Positions 28,350-38,570 of a stretch of DNA of 64,000 nucleotides are shown in pieces. A model generated the notes under the pieces. That model saw nothing but the letters and a program-made list of their open reading frames with translations, was not told the origin of the DNA and searched no databases. A program made the translations under genes and the position numbers. Source of the stretch: an uncultured Chloroflexia bacterium. Lineage in GTDB: Bacteria > Chloroflexota > Limnocylindria > Limnocylindrales > CSP1-4. The stretch spans positions 2,987 to 66,986 of the forward strand of contig CAVWJB010000005.1 in NCBI GenBank assembly GCA_963755285.1, in the 5' to 3' direction. How positions within the stretch are numbered: position 1 is the stretch's first letter; each line of letters starts with the position of its first letter.

Positions 28350-30935
28350 TCAGACGGGTTCCTTGGCCAGGTGACGCTGCATCGCGGCCTTGCGCGACAG
28401 GTTGATCCGTCCCTGGCGGTCGATCTCGGTCACGACGACCATCACCTCGTCGCCGACGGACACGACGTCCTCGACGGTCGGCACGTGGTAGTCGGCGAGC
28501 TCGCCGATCCGGACGAGGCCTTCCTTGCCGGGCAGGATCTCGACGAACGCGCCGAAGCCCATGATCCGGGTCACCTTGCCCAGGTAGAGCGAGCCGATCT
28601 CGACCTCGCGGGTCAGCGACTCGATCCACTGGATCGCCTTGCGGCTGTTCTCACCGGAGACGGCGGCGATCTCGACCGAGCCGTCGTCCTCGACGTTGAT
28701 CTCGGTCCCGGTCTCCTCCTGGATCTTGCGGATCATCGAGCCACCCTTGCCGATGATGTCGCGGATCTTCTCGGGGTTGATCTTGATCGTGACGATGCGC
28801 GGCGCGAAGTCGCTCATCCCCTCGCGGGCGGCGGGCAGGACCTCGGTCATCTTGGCGAGGATCTCGAGTCGGGCCGCGAGGGCCTGCTTGAGGCCGCCGC
28901 GGATGATCGCCTCGTTGATCCCCTGGACCTTGATGTCCATCTGGAGGGCGGTGATCCCGTCCTTGGTGCCGGTCACCTTGAAGTCCATGTCCCCGAACGA
29001 ATCCTCCTTGCCGAGGATGTCGGTCAGGACCGCGAACCGGCCGTCGGGCTCGCTGATGAGGCCCATCGCCGCACCGGCGACCGGGGCCGAGATCGGCACA
29101 CCGGCGTCCATCAGGGCGAGGGTCGAGCCGCAGGTCGAGGCCATCGACGTGGAGCCGTTCGAGGTGACGCACTCGCTGACGAGCCGGATGACGTACGGGA
29201 AGTCCTCCTGGCTCGGCAGGACCGGAAGGAGCGCCCGCTCGGCGAGGTGGCCGTGGCCGATCTCGCGCCGGCCGGGCCCGCGCATCATCTTGTTCTCGCC
29301 GGTGCTGTAGGGCGGCATGTTGTAGTGGTGGATGTAGCGCTTCTCGGTCTTCGGGCTGATCGTGTCGATCCGCTGGACATCCGACGAAGCACCGAGCGTG
29401 GCCACGGTCAGCGCCTGGGTCTCACCGCGGGTGAACAGGCCCGAGCCGTGGGCGCGGGGCAGGATCCCGACCTCGACCGAGATCGGGCGGAGCTCGTCGA
29501 CGGCGCGGCCGTCCATCCGGATGCCCTCGCTCAGGACGAGCTCGCGGACGGTCTTCTTGTGGACGAGGCTGAACAGGCTCTTGCTGACGCGCGCCTGGCG
29601 GCGTGCCGCGTCGAGCAGGCCGGGGGCGTCGCCGCCGGTGCGGTACGCCTTGACCGACGCCGTGATCCCCTCGCTGAGCGTGGCGAGCCGGTTCGGCACG
29701 TCGTCGGCGAAGAGCTGGAGGAGCTGAGCCGTCGCCTGGGCGTCGGGCAGCGCGCGATGAGCGTCACTGAGCTCCACCCCGAAGAACCGGGCCAGATCGC
29801 CGAGCTTGTAGCTCTCCGCCCAGTCCGGGTAGGCCTCGCGGGCGAGGACGAGCGTGTCGAGGTACGTTCCCGCCTCGAACCGGAACCCGTCGCCGAGCGC
29901 CTGCTCGAGGAAGCCCAGGTCGAACCCGATGTTGTGCCCGACGAGCGTCGCATCCCCGGCGAAAGCGCGGAACTTCTCGGCGGCCTCCTTCGGCGTCGGC
30001 GCACCCTTGACGTCCTTGTCGGTGATCCCGTGCATCTGGTGGCCGATGATCGAGCGGCCCGGGTTCACGAGCGTCGAGAACGTGTCGGCGATCTTGCCGC
30101 CCTTGATCCGGACGGCGCCGATCTCGAGCAGGTCGGCCATCTTCGGGTCGCGGCCGGTCGTTTCGACGTCGACGACGACGAACTCGGCCTTCGCCTCGAC
30201 GGCCTTGGCAAAGGTCAGGACCGAGTCGGTGCCGGGCTCGAGGTACGGCAGGCGCTTCGGCTTGCCGACGGCGGCCTGGAGCTCGAGCTGGAGGTCGATC
30301 AGCGGCTGGATGGCGCGGTGACCGAAGAGGATCGCCTCGGCCATCACGTCCTCGGGCAGGAGCTTCGCGCCGGCCTCGACCATCATGATCGCGTCGCGGG
30401 TCCCGGACACGATGAGGTCGAGCTCGGAATCGGCCAGCTGGCTGTAGGTCGGGTTGACGACGAATTCGCCGTCGATCCGGCCGACGCGGACCGCGCCGAT
30501 CGGTCCCTGGAACGGGATCTCGCTGATCGTCAGGGCGGCCGACGCGGCGATCGTCCCGAGGATGTCGGGATCGTTCTCCTGGTCGGTCGACAGGACCGTG
30601 ATCACGAGCTGGACGTCGTCCTTGTAGCCGTCCGGGAAGAGCGGGCGGATCGGGCGGTCGGTCAGCCGGGCGGCGAGGATCGCCGCTTCGGACGGCCGGG
30701 CTTCGCGCTTGATGAAGCCGCCGGGGATCTTGCCCGCGGCGTACATCCGCTCCTCGAAATCGACGGTGAGCGGGAAGAAGTCGAGGCCGGGGCGAGGCTC
30801 CGACCGGTTGGCGGTCCCGAGGACCATGGTGTCGCCGTAGCGGACGGTGACCGATCCGCCGGCGAGTCGGGCGAGCTTGCCGGTCTCGATGGTCAGCGGT
30901 CGACCACCGAATTGCGTCTCGAATGTCTGAGACAC
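28350..30935 (-). CDS. pnp: Polynucleotide phosphorylase with inserted DEDDh exonuclease domain
   Basis: FFPLTVDFEE, DRPIRPLF, RREIGHG, SNGSTSMAS, GDMDFKV, KH and S1; insert DVETTG/HNIGFD/HRALPDA. Confidence 0.96.
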   Translation of the reverse strand: MSQTFETQFGGRPLTIETGKLARLAGGSVTVRYGDTMVLGTANRSEPRPGLDFFPLTVDFEERMYAAGKIPGGFIKREARPSEAAILAARLTDRPIRPLFPDGYKDDVQLVITVLSTDQENDPDILGTIAASAALTISEIPFQGPIGAVRVGRIDGEFVVNPTYSQLADSELDLIVSGTRDAIMMVEAGAKLLPEDVMAEAILFGHRAIQPLIDLQLELQAAVGKPKRLPYLEPGTDSVLTFAKAVEAKAEFVVVDVETTGRDPKMADLLEIGAVRIKGGKIADTFSTLVNPGRSIIGHQMHGITDKDVKGAPTPKEAAEKFRAFAGDATLVGHNIGFDLGFLEQALGDGFRFEAGTYLDTLVLAREAYPDWAESYKLGDLARFFGVELSDAHRALPDAQATAQLLQLFADDVPNRLATLSEGITASVKAYRTGGDAPGLLDAARRQARVSKSLFSLVHKKTVRELVLSEGIRMDGRAVDELRPISVEVGILPRAHGSGLFTRGETQALTVATLGASSDVQRIDTISPKTEKRYIHHYNMPPYSTGENKMMRGPGRREIGHGHLAERALLPVLPSQEDFPYVIRLVSECVTSNGSTSMASTCGSTLALMDAGVPISAPVAGAAMGLISEPDGRFAVLTDILGKEDSFGDMDFKVTGTKDGITALQMDIKVQGINEAIIRGGLKQALAARLEILAKMTEVLPAAREGMSDFAPRIVTIKINPEKIRDIIGKGGSMIRKIQEETGTEINVEDDGSVEIAAVSGENSRKAIQWIESLTREVEIGSLYLGKVTRIMGFGAFVEILPGKEGLVRIGELADYHVPTVEDVVSVGDEVMVVVTEIDRQGRINLSRKAAMQRHLAKEPV

Positions 30936-30945
30936 GAGGTTCTGT

Positions 30946-30968
30946 TCCTCCTTTACCGTGCAGGAGGA
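30946..30968 (-). promoter_or_regulatory. Anti-SD hairpin occluding the pnp ribosome-binding site
   Basis: mRNA UCCUCCU, 9-nt loop, AGGAGGA: perfect 7-bp stem containing the SD. Confidence 0.55.
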
Positions 30969-31055
30969 GCGACCTTGCGGGCGCGTGGCCCGCCGACGAG
31001 GAGTCGGACGCGAGAGGACCCCGGGTTGACACCCAGGGTCCGGAGCGGCGATCGC

Positions 31056-31325
31056 CTAGCGGCGGAGTCCCAACCGTCCGATGACGGTGCGGTAGCGCGC
31101 GTTGTCCTTCTTGATCAGGTAGGCAAGAAGGCGGCGGCGCTGTCCGACGAGCTTGAGGAGGCCGCGGCGCGAATGGTTGTCCTTGGGAAAGCTCCTCAGG
31201 TGCCCCGTCAGCTCCTTGATCCGCTCGGTCAGGAGCGCGATCTGGACCTCTGGCGAGCCGGTGTCACCGTCTGCGGTGGCATACGCGGCCATGACCTGTT
31301 GCTTCTGTTCCCGCGCGAGCGGCAC
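31056..31325 (-). CDS. rpsO: 30S ribosomal protein S15
   Basis: [26 protein letters not shown]. Confidence 0.97.
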   Translation of the reverse strand: MPLAREQKQQVMAAYATADGDTGSPEVQIALLTERIKELTGHLRSFPKDNHSRRGLLKLVGQRRRLLAYLIKKDNARYRTVIGRLGLRR

Positions 31326-31357
31326 TCGGTCCTCCGAACACGAACTGAGATAGACGT

Positions 31358-32188
31358 CTACTTCTGTGACCGGCGGAGGATAGCAGGGTTGGCCTCCCCC
31401 GGCAAACGCCGGCCGAGCGCGACGCGCACGCGCGGCGTCCGATCGGGCTCCGAGCCAGGCGCCAGGATGAGCCGATCCGGCTCGACGCCGACGATCGATC
31501 GCCGACCCGGAGCGACGCTGCCCGCGGTCGTCCAGGCCGGCTCGAGGGTCCCCCGGTAGGCGCCCGCAGGGGGCAGGGCGACCGGGATCGGGAACCGTAC
31601 GGTCGACCCGAACAGGTCGCCGGTCGCCGCCACGGGCCGGCCCAGGAGGCGACGCGCTCCGTCGAGGTCGCCGGCCGCGATCAGCTCGCGGATCCTGGCG
31701 CTCCGGACGGGGTGGCCATCGACGACGAGCGGGGGGACCACCGCAACGTCGAAGCCGGCCCGCGCGCCGAGCTCGGCGAGTCGCTCCGGCGTCCCGCGCC
31801 GATCGTGCCCGAACGCGGCATCCGGGGTCATCAGGAAGCCGGCCAGGTCGACCCGCTCTCGGATCCGCGCGACGAATTCGTCGTACTCGGTCATCCGCAA
31901 CGCCACGTCGAAGTGCTGGATCACCGCGACTCCGACGCCGGCGGCGGCCAGCCGGGCGAGCCGCTCGTCCGGATCGCACAGGAGCGGCGGTGCGGCCCCG
32001 ACGACGATCTCGTCCGGATGCGCGTCGAACGTGATCACCGCCGGCCTGGCGGCGCGGGCCCGGGCGGCCCGACGGAGCCGGCTGAGCAGGTAGCGGTGGC
32101 CGCGATGAATGCCGTCGAACACGCCGACGACGACGAACAGCCGGCCGTTCGAGGCGCCGAGACGCTCCACGCCGACGGTGACGTCCAT
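31358..32188 (-). CDS. ribF: FAD synthetase (RibF) with degenerate riboflavin kinase domain
   Basis: [17 protein letters not shown]; no PTAN motif. Confidence 0.85.
   Translation of the reverse strand: MDVTVGVERLGASNGRLFVVVGVFDGIHRGHRYLLSRLRRAARARAARPAVITFDAHPDEIVVGAAPPLLCDPDERLARLAAAGVGVAVIQHFDVALRMTEYDEFVARIRERVDLAGFLMTPDAAFGHDRRGTPERLAELGARAGFDVAVVPPLVVDGHPVRSARIRELIAAGDLDGARRLLGRPVAATGDLFGSTVRFPIPVALPPAGAYRGTLEPAWTTAGSVAPGRRSIVGVEPDRLILAPGSEPDRTPRVRVALGRRLPGEANPAILRRSQK
31377..31385 (-). promoter_or_regulatory. Extended -10 element of rpsO
   Basis: TGCTATCCT. Confidence 0.55.
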
Positions 32189-32208
32189 CGCTCGTCCCGG
32201 TCGAGCGG

Positions 32209-33189
32209 TCAGGAGGCGCCCGTCGCGACCGCGACAGGCGGTGGGGGGCCGACGAGGACCTTGTCCGGCGCGAGGCGCCCGTCCCGGATCGCACCGACGG
32301 CCACCGGCCGGCCGCTCCCGTCGACGGCGATCAACCGCTCGTCCGGGGAGCCGACCCGTGGCAGCCCCGCCGCGGGTCGGACGAACTGGCCGCGGCCGAC
32401 GGCCTCGACCTCGGCGTCGCTCAGGACGACCCGCGGGAACCGGTCGAGGCCGGTGTCGAGCGGCAGGAGCAGCGCCGCGACCGCGGGTGGCTCCTCGGCC
32501 GCCGCGGCCCGGATCGACTCGAGCGGGTGAGCCATCTCGAGCGTGAACGAGCCGGATGCCGTCCTGGTGAGCGCCCCGAGATACGCCCCGCCACCGGTCG
32601 CGAGTCCGACGTCTCGCGCGATCGACCGGACGTACGTTCCGGCCGAGCAGTCGACCTCGACGATCGCGATCGGGCGGTCGGAATCCGTGTCGTCCCAGCC
32701 GACGAGGTCGAGCCGATGGACGGTCACCTCGCGCGGCGCGAGCGTCGGCGTCTCGCCCGACCGGGCGAGGGCGTACGCCCGGCGGCCGCCAACCTTGATC
32801 GCCGAGAACGCCGGCGGCTGCTGACGGATCGGACCGACGAGCGCGTTCAGGGCGGTCTCGACGGCCCGCCGCGTCGGGCCGGGGCCCGGCATCGGCGTCA
32901 GCTCGCCATCGAGGTCGTCGGTCGTCGAGCTCGCCCCGAAGCAGATCGTGGCTCGGTACGACTTCCGATCGCCGAGGTGGTACTCGACGAGGCGGGTCGC
33001 CTGCCCGAGGAACACCGGCAGCACGCCGGTGGCGAACGGATCGAGCGTTCCACCGTGGCCGACCCGGCGAGTCTGGGCAAGGCGCCGCACGAGCGCGACG
33101 ACGTCGTGCGAGGTGGGACCGGCCGGCTTCCTCACGACCAGGATCCCGTCCAGGCCGGGACCATCTCCCGGGCGCGCCCGCCGGCTCAT
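32209..33189 (-). CDS. truB: tRNA pseudouridine(55) synthase
   Basis: [32 protein letters not shown]. Confidence 0.96.
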   Translation of the reverse strand: MSRRARPGDGPGLDGILVVRKPAGPTSHDVVALVRRLAQTRRVGHGGTLDPFATGVLPVFLGQATRLVEYHLGDRKSYRATICFGASSTTDDLDGELTPMPGPGPTRRAVETALNALVGPIRQQPPAFSAIKVGGRRAYALARSGETPTLAPREVTVHRLDLVGWDDTDSDRPIAIVEVDCSAGTYVRSIARDVGLATGGGAYLGALTRTASGSFTLEMAHPLESIRAAAAEEPPAVAALLLPLDTGLDRFPRVVLSDAEVEAVGRGQFVRPAAGLPRVGSPDERLIAVDGSGRPVAVGAIRDGRLAPDKVLVGPPPPVAVATGAS

Positions 33190-34208
33190 CGGACGACCGC
33201 GGCCGCCAGCCGGCGGGCCTCCCCAAGCACCGCTTCGCGGGCTGCCTCGAGGGGCAGCTCGACGGTCGCCCCGGCAGCCCGGGCGTGCCCGCCGCCACCG
33301 AACGCTCCGGTCAGGACCGTCGCGTCGACCCCGCCGGGCTTCGTCCGGACGCTGATCCGGGTCGCCGAGCCCAGCTCCTTGAACAGGATCGCGACCTCGG
33401 CCCGCTCGGCCTGGGCGAGCAGGTCGATGATCCCCTCGGAATGAGCGGGGCCGGTCCCGGTCGAGGCCAGGTCGGAGTCGAGCAGCGTCGACCAGATCAC
33501 CCGGCCGTCGTCGGCATGGTCGAGCCGATCGAGGACCCGACCGAAGAGCCGGAGCTGGACATCGGGCTTCGAGCGGTAGAGCCGGCGCGAGATCTCGCTC
33601 AACGGCGCGCCGGCCTCGACGAGCGCGGCCGCGACGGCCAGCGTCCGCGGGGTCGCGTTCGGGTGGGCGAACGTCGCCGTGTCCATGACGATGCCCGCCA
33701 TCAGCACGGTCGCGAGCGCACCGTCGGCCGCCGTCAGCGGGACGCCGAGCCGGCTCGCGAGCAGGGCCGTCATCTCGCACGTGGCGGCCGCGTCGGGATC
33801 GATCCAGTCGGTCGGCGAATCGGCCTCGTTCGACAGGTGATGGTCGACGACGACCCGGGGCAGGCCGTTGAACAGCGCGGCGTGGCGCTGGCGGACCGCG
33901 CCGACCCGGTCGAGCGAGCCGCAGTCGACGATCGCGAGCAGGTCGTAGCTGGCGCCCGGCTCGGGGTCGGTCCGGACCCGCTCGATCGCCGGCAGGAATG
34001 CGTACAGCTCCGGAACGGGGTCCGTGCAGACGGCCGTCGCCCGGCCGCCGCGCGCCTCGACGACGGTCACGAGAGCAAGCGCCGCGCCGAGCGTGTCCGC
34101 GTCCGGGTTCTCGTGGCTGACCACCAGGACGTTCCGGGCCCCGGCCACGGCCTCGACGACCGGCACCGGGACCGTCCCGGCCCAGTCGGTGAGGTCGACC
34201 GAGGTCAT
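33186..34208 (-). CDS. nrnA: DHH/DHHA1 oligoribonuclease / pAp phosphatase
   Basis: HENPDAD, DHH, DT, GGGGHARAAG. Confidence 0.92.
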   Translation of the reverse strand: MTSVDLTDWAGTVPVPVVEAVAGARNVLVVSHENPDADTLGAALALVTVVEARGGRATAVCTDPVPELYAFLPAIERVRTDPEPGASYDLLAIVDCGSLDRVGAVRQRHAALFNGLPRVVVDHHLSNEADSPTDWIDPDAAATCEMTALLASRLGVPLTAADGALATVLMAGIVMDTATFAHPNATPRTLAVAAALVEAGAPLSEISRRLYRSKPDVQLRLFGRVLDRLDHADDGRVIWSTLLDSDLASTGTGPAHSEGIIDLLAQAERAEVAILFKELGSATRISVRTKPGGVDATVLTGAFGGGGHARAAGATVELPLEAAREAVLGEARRLAAAVVR

Positions 34209-34771
34209 CGCTTGGGTTTGCGGGTGCCGCCGCGCCGGTCGTGGGGGTGCTTGCCCCGGCTCTGACTCGCCGCCGTGGTCGGGCCGCTCGGTCGACGGCG
34301 ACGACGCCGGGCCGGAGGCGGTGGCTCGGCGGCCGGTGGTGGCTCGTCGGGCAGGTCGCCCTCGTGGCGGAGCCGGACGACCGGCGTCGGGAGCGTCTCC
34401 TCGTCTGGCGCGGCGTCGTCGGTCGATGCCTCGCCGGCCTCGATCTGCCCGAGCAGATGGAGGACCCGCGTGCCACGTTCGATCGTGTCGTCGAGCCGGA
34501 CGTGCAGGACCGGGATCCGCCGGAGCCGGAGCCGCCCGCCGAGCTCGCGCCTGACGAACGGCATCGCGTGCTCGAGGGCCGCGATCGTCTCGGTCCGCTC
34601 GCCGTGCTGACCGATGACGCTGACCCAGACCCGGGCATGACCGAGGTCCGGCGCGGTCTCGACCTTGGTGACGGTCGCGAAGCCGATCCGCGGGTCCTTG
34701 ACCTCGCGGCTCAGGATCGCCCCGATCTCCTGCCGGAGGAGCTCATCGATCCGATCGGTTCGTTGAGACAT
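34205..34771 (-). CDS. rbfA: Ribosome-binding factor A with C-terminal extension
   Basis: EVKDPRIGF, LRLRRIPVLH. Confidence 0.93.
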   Translation of the reverse strand: MSQRTDRIDELLRQEIGAILSREVKDPRIGFATVTKVETAPDLGHARVWVSVIGQHGERTETIAALEHAMPFVRRELGGRLRLRRIPVLHVRLDDTIERGTRVLHLLGQIEAGEASTDDAAPDEETLPTPVVRLRHEGDLPDEPPPAAEPPPPARRRRRRPSGPTTAASQSRGKHPHDRRGGTRKPKR

Positions 34772-34827
34772 CGCTGGAGCTGGCAACCTCGATCGCGAAG
34801 TGAGACTCGCCCTCCGAAGGCCGAGCC

Positions 34828-36741
34828 TCAACGCTCGGCCTGAGGACTCCGGCTGACCGTCTTCTGGGTGAAGCACTCGATGACGTCGCCCTCCTCCAGG
34901 TCGTGGAAGTTGGCCAGTCCGATGCCGCACTCGAAGTTCTTCTCGACCTCGCGGACGTCGTCGCGGAACCGCCGGAGCGATTCGATCCGATCGGTCGCGA
35001 TGACCTTGCCGCTGCGCCAGACGCGGGCACCGCCGCGGACGATCCGGCCGTCGGTCACGTAGCACCCGGCGATGACGGTGTTCTTGCCGACCCGGAAGAT
35101 CTGGCGGACCTCGGCGCGGCCCTCGACGACCTCGACGATCTCGGGTTCGAGCAGGCCCTTGAGCGCCGCATCGATGTCGTCGGTCAGCTTGTAGATGATG
35201 TCGTAGGTGCGGACGTCGACACCCTCGGCCTCGGCGGCCCGACGGGCCGTCTCGGTGATCTTCGTGTTGAACCCGACGACGATCGCGTCCGAGGCGGTCG
35301 CCAGCATGATGTCGTTGTCGGTGATGTCGCCGGCGCCCTCGTGGAGGACGTTGAGCCTGACGTCCTCGGTCGACAGCTGGTCGAGGGCGTGGGTGATCGC
35401 CCCGAGCGAGCCGGACACGTCGGCCTTGAGGATGATCCTGAGCTCCTTCGCCTGGCCGGCCTGGATCTGGCGGTAGAGATCCTCGAGCGTCGCTCGGCCG
35501 CTGCCGTCACCGGCCTTCGCCGCGGCGGTGGCCTTGCGCGCCTCGACCATCGCCCGCGCTTCCTTCTCGTCGGGCACCACGCGCAGGATGTCGCCGGCCT
35601 CCGGGACGTCGGACAGGCCGAGCACGACCGCGGGCGTCGATGGACCCGCCTTCGTGATCCGCTTGCCGGACTCGTTCTCGAGGGCGCGGACCTTGCCGTA
35701 CGTCTCGCCGACGACGATGACGTCGCCGACCCGGAGCGTGCCGGTCTGGACGATCGCGGTGGCGACCGGTCCCCGGCCCTTGTCGAGCTGGGCCTCGACG
35801 ATCGTCCCGATCGCGGGGCGCTTCGGGTTCGCCTTGAGCTCCTGGAGATCGGCCACGAGCAGGATCATGTCGAGCAGCTCGTCGAGCCCGAGCCGGGCCT
35901 TGGCCGAAACGGCCACGAGCGGCGTGTCGCCGCCGTACTCCTCGACGATGACGTTCGCCTCGGACAGCTCGGTCTTCACCCGGTCCGGGTTCGCGTCCGG
36001 CTTGTCGATCTTGTTCAGGGCGATGATGATCGGCACCTTGGCCGCCCGGGCGTGATGGATCGCCTCGAGCGTCTGGGGCATGACGCCGTCGTCCGCGGCG
36101 ACGACCACGACCGCGACGTCGGTGACCCGTGCGCCACGCGCCCGCATCGCGGTGAACGCCTCGTGGCCCGGGGTGTCGAGGAAGACGATCCGTCGGCCGT
36201 CCTTCGTCGTGACCTCGCTGGCCCCGATGTGCTGGGTGATGCCGCCTCGCTCGCCGGCCGCGACCTCGGTCGTCCGGATCGCGTCGAGCAGGCTCGTCTT
36301 GCCGTGGTCGACGTGACCCATGACGGTCACGATCGGAGCCCGGGTCTGGAGGAGCGACGCCTCGTCCTCCTCGTAGAGGACTTCCTTGGCCGCCTCGTCC
36401 GGGGCCTCCTCGGCGTCCTTGTCCGTGACACCGGCGGTCACGGCGACCGCCTCGGAGACCTCGTAGCCGAGCTCGCCGGCGACGAGCGCGGCGGTGTCCC
36501 GGTCGATGAGCTGGTTGATCGTCGCGAAGATCCCGCTCTTGATCAGCTCGCGGATCACGTCCGCGGCATTGACCCCGAGGAGCTCGGCGAGCTCCTTGAC
36601 CGTGATCGTGCCGGGCAGCTCGATCGCGCCACGTTCTCGCGGATCCGCGACCTGGACTGCCGCCTGGCCGACGCCACCATCGCGGCGCGGCGGCTTGCGC
36701 GGGCCGCGCCGGCCCCGAGTGCCGCTCCTACTCCTCGCCAC
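34828..36741 (-). CDS. infB: Translation initiation factor IF-2
   Basis: [24 protein letters not shown]. Confidence 0.97.
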   Translation of the reverse strand: MARSRSGTRGRRGPRKPPRRDGGVGQAAVQVADPRERGAIELPGTITVKELAELLGVNAADVIRELIKSGIFATINQLIDRDTAALVAGELGYEVSEAVAVTAGVTDKDAEEAPDEAAKEVLYEEDEASLLQTRAPIVTVMGHVDHGKTSLLDAIRTTEVAAGERGGITQHIGASEVTTKDGRRIVFLDTPGHEAFTAMRARGARVTDVAVVVVAADDGVMPQTLEAIHHARAAKVPIIIALNKIDKPDANPDRVKTELSEANVIVEEYGGDTPLVAVSAKARLGLDELLDMILLVADLQELKANPKRPAIGTIVEAQLDKGRGPVATAIVQTGTLRVGDVIVVGETYGKVRALENESGKRITKAGPSTPAVVLGLSDVPEAGDILRVVPDEKEARAMVEARKATAAAKAGDGSGRATLEDLYRQIQAGQAKELRIILKADVSGSLGAITHALDQLSTEDVRLNVLHEGAGDITDNDIMLATASDAIVVGFNTKITETARRAAEAEGVDVRTYDIIYKLTDDIDAALKGLLEPEIVEVVEGRAEVRQIFRVGKNTVIAGCYVTDGRIVRGGARVWRSGKVIATDRIESLRRFRDDVREVEKNFECGIGLANFHDLEEGDVIECFTQKTVSRSPQAER

Positions 36742-37054
36742 GCTGGGTTCCTCCTTCGTTCGTCGTCGTCATCGTACCCGCACCAGCCAGCAGCTGATCA
36801 CGGAGCTCGGCCGGCAGCGGCACCCCGAGAGCCTTGCTCAGCGAGCCGCGCTCGACCGCCCGTGCCCAGCACGAGCCGTCGGCACACAGGTAGGCCCCGC
36901 GGCCCGGCAGCCTGCCGCTCGGGTCGCTGACCACCCGTCCGTCCGGTGTCCGGACGATCCGCACGAGCTCACGCTTGGCGCTCGACGTCCGGCAGGCGAC
37001 GCAGGTCCGGGTCGGTGTCGTGCGCGACCGTCCGGGCGCGGCCGGGCCGGCTAC
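36728..37054 (-). CDS. ylxR: YlxR/RnpM family protein (no canonical in-frame start; GTA proposed)
   Basis: PTRTCVACR, ELVRIV, GRGAYLC in one frame. Confidence 0.85.
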   Translation of the reverse strand, partial: VAGPAAPGRSRTTPTRTCVACRTSSAKRELVRIVRTPDGRVVSDPSGRLPGRGAYLCADGSCWARAVERGSLSKALGVPLPAELRDQLLAGAGTMTTTNEGGTQRGEE

Positions 37055-38482
37055 GGCGACACCTCCTCGACGGGCTCGGCCTTGCGCCGCCGGGTGGCCT
37101 TCGGCTTGGCCTCGACGGCCACCGCCGGCTCAGCCGGAGCCGGGTCGGCTTGGGCCGCGGCCACCGGCGTCGCAGCTGGCGCCTTCTTCCGGGTCGCCTT
37201 GGGCTTGGGCGCCTCGACATCGGTCGGGGCCGAACCGGCCGGCTCGTCCGCTGGGGCGGCCTCGGCAGCGGCGGCCTTCGTCGCGGCGGCCTTCGTGGCG
37301 GCGGCCTTCGTGGCAGCCGGCTTGCGGACGGTCTTCGGCTTCGCCGCGACCGGCTCCTCGGCCTCCGGGGCCCGGTCGGGTGCGACTGCTCGCGGCCCCG
37401 GCGGCCTCCGCGGCGGCCGCGGCCTTCGCCTCGGCGACCGACACGTCGCTCCGGATGTCGATCCGCCAGCCGGTCAGCTTGGCCGCCAGGCGGGCGTTCT
37501 GGCCCTCGCGCCCGATCGCCAGCGAGAGCATGCGCTCGGGGACCGTGACGCTCGCGATCCGGTGCTCCTCGTCGATCGACACGTCGAGGACCTGGGCCGG
37601 GCTCAGCGCGTTGGCGACGAAGACCGCCGGGTCGTCGTTCCAGGGGATGACGTCGATCTTCTCGCCGGCGAGCTCGGCCACGACCGCCTGGACTCGCGCG
37701 CCGCGCTGGCCGACCGTCGCCCCGACCGGATCGAGCCCGTCCTGGCGGCTGGCGACGGCGACCTTCGACCGCGACCCGGCCTCCCGGGCGATCGCCTTGA
37801 TCTCGACCGTCCCGCTGTGGATCTCGGGGACCTCGAGCTCGAACAGCCGGCGCAGGAAGTTCTTGTGGGCGCGACTGACGAACAGCTGCGGCCCACGCAG
37901 CCCACGGCGGACCTCGAGGACGAAGGCCTTGACCGGCTGGCCGATCCGGTAGTGCTCGAGCGGCGACTGCTCGGTCGTGGCGAGGATCGCCTCCGCCCGG
38001 GCGATCCCGCCCTGGCCGGTCAGGTCGAGGATGATCGCCCGCGGCTCGACCCGGTTGACCGTGCCGGTGATGAGCTCGCCTTCGCGGCTGGCGAACTGGT
38101 CGTAGGCGACGTCACGCTCGGCCTCGCGAAGGCGCTGCAGGACGACCTGCTTGGCGGTCTGGGCATGGATCCGGCCGAAGGCCTCGGGATCGAGCTCCTC
38201 GGTCGTGACGAGGTCGCCGAGCTCGGCCTTGGCATCGTGCGTCCGGGCCTCCTCGAGGCTGAGCTCGGTCAACGGATCCTCGACCTCGGCCACCGCGGTC
38301 CGCGCCCGGAAGACCCGGATCTGGCCGGTCTCGCCGTCGATCCGGACCTGGATGTCCTCGTCGCCCTCGGTCCGCCGGTAGGCCGACTGGATCGCGTCCT
38401 CGACGGTCCGGATGAGCTGCTCGCGCGGAACCTGCTTTTCGGCGTTGAGCTGCAGGAGGGCAGTGACGAAGTCACGGTTCAC
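37051..38482 (-). CDS. nusA: Transcription factor NusA with Ala/Lys-rich tail (apparent +1 frameshift near 37390)
   Basis: AQTAKQVVLQ, AREAGSRSK, LAIGREGQNARLAAKLTGW. Confidence 0.95.
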
Positions 38483-38543
38483 GGTTCGCCTCCCACACGA
38501 CTACGCCCGGCGCCGGTCGCCGAGCACGGACGACGGCCCGCTC

Positions 38544-38570
38544 AAAACAAAACGTGGGGGTCACCCACGT
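38544..38570 (-). terminator. Intrinsic terminator/attenuator in the nusA leader
   Basis: ACGTGGG-loop-CCCACGT followed by TTTGTTTT; TATACT -10 at 38597-38602 upstream. Confidence 0.7.

Noticed and set aside
29705-30190. pnp insert as an intein or mobile element
   Set aside because: No terminal His-Asn followed by Cys/Ser/Thr, no LAGLIDADG or HNH motif, no flanking repeats; the motifs are DEDDh
27759-31559. Long plus-strand ORFs (1266 aa here, 1333 aa at 56719-60720, many others)
   Set aside because: Antisense shadows of real genes caused by stop-codon scarcity in high-GC DNA; no motifs
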